Source of the DNA: an uncultured Clostridia bacterium
Lineage (GTDB): Bacteria; Bacillota; Clostridia; Christensenellales; CAG-314
Assembly (NCBI GenBank): GCA_947625725.1
Contig: CANQPI010000001.1
Span: 22,085 to 86,084, forward strand
DNA: 64,000 bases
Direction: 5' to 3'
In this document: positions 59,609 to 64,000 of the stretch, in pieces
How positions within the stretch are numbered: the first letter of the stretch is position 1
How the letters are laid out: the number at the start of each line of letters is the position of its first letter
Notes under the pieces: model-generated
Databases searched by the model: none
Seen by the model: the letters and a program-made list of their open reading frames with translations, nothing else
Told to the model about the DNA's origin: nothing
Program-made: the position numbers and the translations under genes

Positions 59609-61405
59609 ATGGAGTTCCAAATTTACAAAAAGCTTAATGCCAACGGCGAAATTGTTGAGCTATCCGTGGTTGCGGAAAGAACAAAGCACAAACTCCATTT
59701 TGGTACGGCCGTTTACGACGGTTCGGCGGACGCAACGATCCCCGAGGCCACACAATCGGCTTCGGGATTACTTTCTGCCACTGATAAGAAGGTGCTCGAC
59801 TCGCTAAAAAATCTCGCCACATCGTCCGTAACGGGCGTCAAGGGTGGTGCCGAGGAGAGTTATAGAACCGGGCAGGTCGAAATTACCAAGACAAACATTG
59901 GGCTTGGCAACGTCACTAATGACGCGCAAGTCAAACGCTCGGAAATGGGCAAGGCGGGTGGTGTTGCTACGCTGGGAACGGATGGCAAAGTCCCCTCCGC
60001 GCAGTTACCGTCTTATGTAGATGATGTTGAGGAGTATGCCGATAAGACCAAGTTCCCCACGCAAGGCGAGAGTGGCAAGATCTACGTCGCTCAAGATACC
60101 AATGTTACCTACCGTTGGAGTGGCACGGGTTACGTTGAAATCGGTTCGTCCCTGGCATTAGGCGAAACGTCGAGCACCGCATATGCGGGCGACAAAGGAA
60201 AGAAAAATGCCGACAACATTGCTTCGTTGCAGACGAGGATGACGGCGGTGGAAGGCAAAAACACATCGCAAGACACCGCAATAACCAAAGCCCAAGAAAC
60301 AGCCACAGCGGCTCAGACGACGGCGAACAACGCTGTTAGATATAATGCCGCGCAGTCACTGACCGACACGCAGAAGGCGCAAGCGAGAACCAATCTTGGT
60401 CTCGGCGGCTTGGCAACGAAGTCGGCGATTGCTTCGGGCGACATAACCGATGGCACAATCGTCAATGCGGATATCAACGCAAATGCCGCTATCGCGCAAA
60501 GCAAAATTGACGGACTTCCAAAGTCGTTGACCGATTTGGGCGACCGCATAACTAACTTAACATATAACGACCTGAAACGCATTAACGTCAAATCCTATAC
60601 GGGTGGTGGTACTACCTTTTGGTATTATCCCATTGCGACATTACCCGTCGATAATGATGGTAACTACGCAAGCGTTGTCATAACGGGGCGAATCGGCGGA
60701 TGGGTAAAAACTAATATGTCTTACATCAATGCCGTCGTGTCAAACCGAAGCGGCGAGACAGGTTCGTTCGTCGACTTAGGCGACAACACAAGTTCGGCAC
60801 TAGGCATTACGGATATCGTGCTATATCGTCAAACCGACAACAGAACGATAGTCTATCTCAAATGTAACGCTTACTTCGCTTTTGATATTAACGTTCAGGT
60901 GATGCAAGCGACTTACACCTACAATGGTTCTTATACGACAGCACCCACGGGGACACTTAAATGGAGCGCTTCGACGGCAGCCAATAGCCTGTTCGTTAAC
61001 GTCAACGGCGCGTATGTCAAGGATAAAAAATTGGCTACGGAAGAATTCGTGACAGGAAAGGGATACACGACATTGGCACTTGGCGAAACAGCAACAACAG
61101 CCTATGCCGGCAGCAAGGGCAAAGCAAATGCAGATGCCATTGCGGCTTTACAGACAAGAGCGGGAAATATCGAGAGCAAAAATACAACTCAGGATACAGA
61201 TATATCGGAGTTGAAAACTCGTATGGCCGCTGTAGAAACGAAGAACGGCACGCAAGATACCGCGATTACGAACGCGCAAAACGCGGTGACGGCAGCACAG
61301 ACTACTGCAAATAACGCCGTGCGGTACAATTCCGAGCAGAGTTTGACGGCCGATCAAAAAAAAACAGGCGCGAAGCAACATCGGCGCGGGTACGTCCAGT
61401 TTTAG
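59609..61405 (+). CDS. tail fibre protein, 5' segment (frame lost at the A9 tract 61356-61364)
   Basis: 598-aa ORF; the last 14 codons after the A9 run are out-of-frame junk ending in a premature stop. Confidence 0.7.
   Translation: MEFQIYKKLNANGEIVELSVVAERTKHKLHFGTAVYDGSADATIPEATQSASGLLSATDKKVLDSLKNLATSSVTGVKGGAEESYRTGQVEITKTNIGLGNVTNDAQVKRSEMGKAGGVATLGTDGKVPSAQLPSYVDDVEEYADKTKFPTQGESGKIYVAQDTNVTYRWSGTGYVEIGSSLALGETSSTAYAGDKGKKNADNIASLQTRMTAVEGKNTSQDTAITKAQETATAAQTTANNAVRYNAAQSLTDTQKAQARTNLGLGGLATKSAIASGDITDGTIVNADINANAAIAQSKIDGLPKSLTDLGDRITNLTYNDLKRINVKSYTGGGTTFWYYPIATLPVDNDGNYASVVITGRIGGWVKTNMSYINAVVSNRSGETGSFVDLGDNTSSALGITDIVLYRQTDNRTIVYLKCNAYFAFDINVQVMQATYTYNGSYTTAPTGTLKWSASTAANSLFVNVNGAYVKDKKLATEEFVTGKGYTTLALGETATTAYAGSKGKANADAIAALQTRAGNIESKNTTQDTDISELKTRMAAVETKNGTQDTAITNAQNAVTAAQTTANNAVRYNSEQSLTADQKKTGAKQHRRGYVQF
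61356..61364 (+). other. A9 homopolymer at the frameshift junction of the fibre gene
   Basis: gatcAAAAAAAAAcagg. Removing one A restores ..DQKKQARSNIGAGTSSFSGSYNDLTNKPT.., parallel to the upstream paralogous ..TQKAQARTNLGLGG. Confidence 0.85.
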
Positions 61406-62003
61406 CGGGTCGTATAACGACTTAACAAACAAACCAACCATACCAACTATACCTAATATCGGTATCACAAATAGTGGGAGCGGCAATGCGGTGACTTCTA
61501 TAACCGCAAGCGGACACACAATAACCGTCACAAAGGGTGCCACTTATGCTACCAGTGCAGACCTAGCCACAGTCAAAAGCACTGCGGATAGCGCAAGCGC
61601 GACTGCGAGCACGGCGGTACAGTCCGTCTCGGGCTCAAACGGCATCACGACAAGCAAGAGCGGCACGGCAATTACAGTCAAAGGCGTTACGGCGAACACA
61701 AGCACGATAGGTGTTGCGTATTTGCATACCTCTGCTGATTGCACATCCTTTTCGAGCGATAACGGTGGGGCTACCCCTGCGGCGGTCAAAAAAGCGATTA
61801 CAACAGAAGCCACACAACCAAACGGCATTTTTAACGCTACATCAACGCACCGTGGCACAATGTCGAAAGAGGACAAGGCGAAGTTAGACGCGTTCGGAGC
61901 GGCAAGCACATATGCCTTGAAATCCGACTTGACGGGTTTTATCAAAGCATCGGATGTGGCATTTTCAATTAACAGTAATGGCGAATTGGTCGTCACTTAC
62001 TAA
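61365..62003 (+). CDS. tail fibre protein, 3' segment in the +1 frame
   Basis: Frame open from the junction to 62003; the track shows only the part from the internal Met (61491). Confidence 0.6.
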   Translation, partial: QARSNIGAGTSSFSGSYNDLTNKPTIPTIPNIGITNSGSGNAVTSITASGHTITVTKGATYATSADLATVKSTADSASATASTAVQSVSGSNGITTSKSGTAITVKGVTANTSTIGVAYLHTSADCTSFSSDNGGATPAAVKKAITTEATQPNGIFNATSTHRGTMSKEDKAKLDAFGAASTYALKSDLTGFIKASDVAFSINSNGELVVTY

Positions 62004-62020
62004 TATAAGGAGATGAAATA

Positions 62021-62914
62021 ATGGAAACAAACCTTGGACGTGTACGGGGCGCCGGTGTATTTGGATCGACGTCGACAAGCACAACAAGCATTGCAACAAA
62101 CACCGTAAAAGCGAGTGGTGGCATTGTTCCCCTTAAGGGCGATACCATAATTAACGCCAACGGTGATTTGTGTGAAATAACGGCCGTAACAAGTACCGCT
62201 TACACGGTCACAAAATATGGAAGTATAAGAGGTGCTGATGGAGCGTCTGGGCAAGAAGGACAATATGCGGCGACGTATCGCGGCCCCGCACAAGAGTACG
62301 ATGATGTGTCAAACCCAATACCCGAGCAATGGGCACAAGATGATTATCCGGAATATTCCTTGGGCGTGGGTTATGTAGATCCGCGCAACGTGTATTTAGG
62401 TTGTACAATATACGTTCCAGTAAAACTTAAATCGAACGGGCTGGTGTACTGGGCACCGTGTAAAACATTGAATACAGCTGTCGGAACTTTTCTTATTAAG
62501 GTCAAGCAAACTCAACCATTCGACAAATGCGCAGTATTAACGGGGCCCGAGGGTCCTGTTGGCCCAGAACCGACGAGAGTATTAAATACCATTCGTTTGA
62601 GATGTGCTGATAGTAGTACGTATAATTTTGATATTACATTCAGCATTATTTGTAATGAAAAAATAACAGCAGCGACATTCAATGAATTGGGGCAATGGTG
62701 TGTACTAAATGGCTTTTTAACGACGCTACCCGTAAGTGGAGCAGTTGCTAGAGAGGCGGTCACATTGTTGCCAGTCTTTATAACGATTGAGACAAATTTT
62801 ATGAGATTAGTTGCTGCGCAGCCAGGCTCTGATTTGACGTTAGCAAGTGTTTCGATACGCGAGAATATTGGCACGATATTATTAAATATAACGAGTCGAA
62901 CATTAAAAGCATAA
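62021..62914 (+). CDS. hypothetical fibre-associated protein with short collagen-like tracts
   Basis: 297 aa; GADGASGQEGQ and GPEGPVGPEP; AAGGAG RBS. Confidence 0.6.
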   Translation: METNLGRVRGAGVFGSTSTSTTSIATNTVKASGGIVPLKGDTIINANGDLCEITAVTSTAYTVTKYGSIRGADGASGQEGQYAATYRGPAQEYDDVSNPIPEQWAQDDYPEYSLGVGYVDPRNVYLGCTIYVPVKLKSNGLVYWAPCKTLNTAVGTFLIKVKQTQPFDKCAVLTGPEGPVGPEPTRVLNTIRLRCADSSTYNFDITFSIICNEKITAATFNELGQWCVLNGFLTTLPVSGAVAREAVTLLPVFITIETNFMRLVAAQPGSDLTLASVSIRENIGTILLNITSRTLKA

Positions 62915-62954
62915 TATTTTAATTATTTGACTATCGTCTGTGCTAGGAGGTTAT

Positions 62955-63341
62955 ATGAAAGTAATAAAAACCTTTTTGATGGTCTTGTGGCAGTTACCAC
63001 AAGACCTATTGGGGGCGATCATCTGTCTTGTATGCCGCATCAGAAAGCGGACTTGTCATTGTCAGGATGATCGCATTTTTGTCGAGTGGGGGCTTTACAG
63101 TGGATTGTCGTTGGGGCATTTCATTTTTGTACATACTACGGACGCGACTACGACAGTTAAACACGAGTATGGTCACACTCTTCAAAGTCATTATTTGGGG
63201 TGGCTCTATCTTTTGGTTATAGGGCTGCCTTCTATTATATGGGCTGGTTGTTTTGACCGCTATCGCGCAAGAAAAGGCGTATCATACTATTCGTTTTATA
63301 CGGAGCGGTGGGCGGACAAACTCGGCGGAATTACTAGATAA
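62955..63341 (+). CDS. small membrane protein with HExxH motif
   Basis: Start at M6 (TAGGAGG RBS); hydrophobic N-terminus; VKHEYGHTLQSH. Confidence 0.6.
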   Translation: MKVIKTFLMVLWQLPQDLLGAIICLVCRIRKRTCHCQDDRIFVEWGLYSGLSLGHFIFVHTTDATTTVKHEYGHTLQSHYLGWLYLLVIGLPSIIWAGCFDRYRARKGVSYYSFYTERWADKLGGITR

Positions 63342-63362
63342 CGGAAAATAAGGAGAAAAATT

Positions 63363-63761
63363 ATGAATTGGCAACCAATTGTTTTATCGGTGATTGGAAT
63401 TGTTCTGACTGCACTTGTGAGTTGGGCTACCGAACGGCTCATAGCTCTCATCAACTCCAAAATATCCAATACCAAATATGCTAAATACTTGACCGACGCA
63501 GTCGAGGTAGTGACACGCGCCGTAAAGACAACTTATCAGACATACGTAGAAACGCTCAAAAAGGATCCGACCAACGCATTCACAGCAGATGCTCAAAAAG
63601 AGGCTTTGGGAAAAGCCTGCGACTTGGTTAGAGAGCAACTGAGCGGCGACATTCAAGATTACATCGAGAAGAACTTCGGCGGGTTTGAGCAGTGGATGAA
63701 AAACACCATCGAGAGCGTTATCTACGATCTCAAAAATTCGGCGGGAAAGTCAGCCGACTAA
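63363..63761 (+). CDS. holin candidate (LL-H-like: single N-terminal TM plus charged tail)
   Basis: 132 aa; N-terminal TM (IVLSVIGIVLTALVSWA); position at the end of the tail module. Confidence 0.45.
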   Translation: MNWQPIVLSVIGIVLTALVSWATERLIALINSKISNTKYAKYLTDAVEVVTRAVKTTYQTYVETLKKDPTNAFTADAQKEALGKACDLVREQLSGDIQDYIEKNFGGFEQWMKNTIESVIYDLKNSAGKSAD

Positions 63762-63767
63762 ATAAAA

Positions 63768-63815
63768 AAGGCAACTATCGGATAAAATTCCGGCAGTTGC
63801 CTTTAACCTTGATTT
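63768..63815 (+). terminator. terminator candidate after the holin gene
   Basis: AAGGCAACT-18 nt-AGTTGCCTT followed by a T-rich stretch. Confidence 0.45.
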
Positions 63816-63892
63816 TTGTTGTATAATCTATACGCAATACGACCATATTATATAAGGGTAAAATTGCTATGGGAAAACATTGACAAAAACTA

Positions 63893-63921
63893 TTGACATG
63901 GTCAGAAACCAATGCTATAAT
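63893..63921 (+). promoter_or_regulatory. sigma-70-type consensus promoter (TTGACA-17-TATAAT)
   Basis: TTGACA 63893-63898, 17-nt spacer, TATAAT 63916-63921; a second TTGACA lies at 63880. Confidence 0.65.
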
Positions 63922-64000
63922 ATAACCACTAAGGAGCGAATCGCGGCTCCAAATGGCTGTACCACCGCCATAAGTGGTAGTTAAAAAGAAGATGCGGTGC

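Noticed and set aside
58607-62003. Diversity-generating retroelement (RT plus template/variable repeats in the fibre genes)
   Set aside because: The RT has LPQGTPISP-type motif 4, not the DGR I/LGxxxSQ signature. It lies 52 kb away with no Avd-like gene. The differences between fibre repeats involve all bases, not only adenines.

Overview
The whole 64-kb window looks like bacteriophage or prophage DNA. Genes are densely packed, most starts are preceded by AGGAGG-type RBSs (Firmicutes style), no host housekeeping genes are visible, and bulk GC appears to be in the mid-40s percent by eye. There are two divergent arms around an ORF-poor control region at about 18.8-20.3 kb.

LEFT ARM (1-18.8 kb, minus strand). 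It carries many small early or accessory genes and three unusual loci.
(i) An uninterrupted co-oriented block: a tRNA-like RNA, a 145-aa ORF, a translationally coupled ubiquitin-like/E2-like/JAB/E1-like cassette, a 295-nt ORF-free spacer, a 475-aa retron/UG-like reverse transcriptase, a 507-nt ORF-free spacer with a 67-nt hairpin, and RNase HI. This is my best candidate for an undescribed composite system.
(ii) A 1.4-kb promoter-to-terminator unit (14470->13011) with only two tiny ORFs and a 570-nt ORF-free tail, a possible large ncRNA.
(iii) A GC-rich island (about 16.8-19.1 kb) with a covarying two-hairpin RNA motif family, identical 71-bp dispersed repeats, 68-bp tandem repeats with a G-quadruplex-type motif, CCCC-N3-GGGG palindromes, and a sigma-70 region-4-like HTH protein.

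RIGHT ARM (20.3-64 kb, plus strand). A consensus promoter is followed by a 280-nt structured leader and an intrinsic terminator. Then come:
- Small Cys-rich proteins and an N6-adenine methyltransferase.
- A P-loop helicase-like ATPase and a 927-aa YonO/RdRP-like two-barrel RNA polymerase.
- A metallophosphoesterase, HU and a tyrosine recombinase.
- A complete siphovirus-type morphogenesis module: terminase, portal, capsid, tail, 1662-aa tape measure, Dit, Tal with S74 chaperone domain, BppU-like protein, duplicated fibre modules and a holin.

The fibre gene is broken by a frameshift at an A9 tract. A reverse-strand lipoprotein moron with its own promoter sits inside the tail module.

All functional calls rest on motifs read by eye. 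No database search or folding computation was possible.
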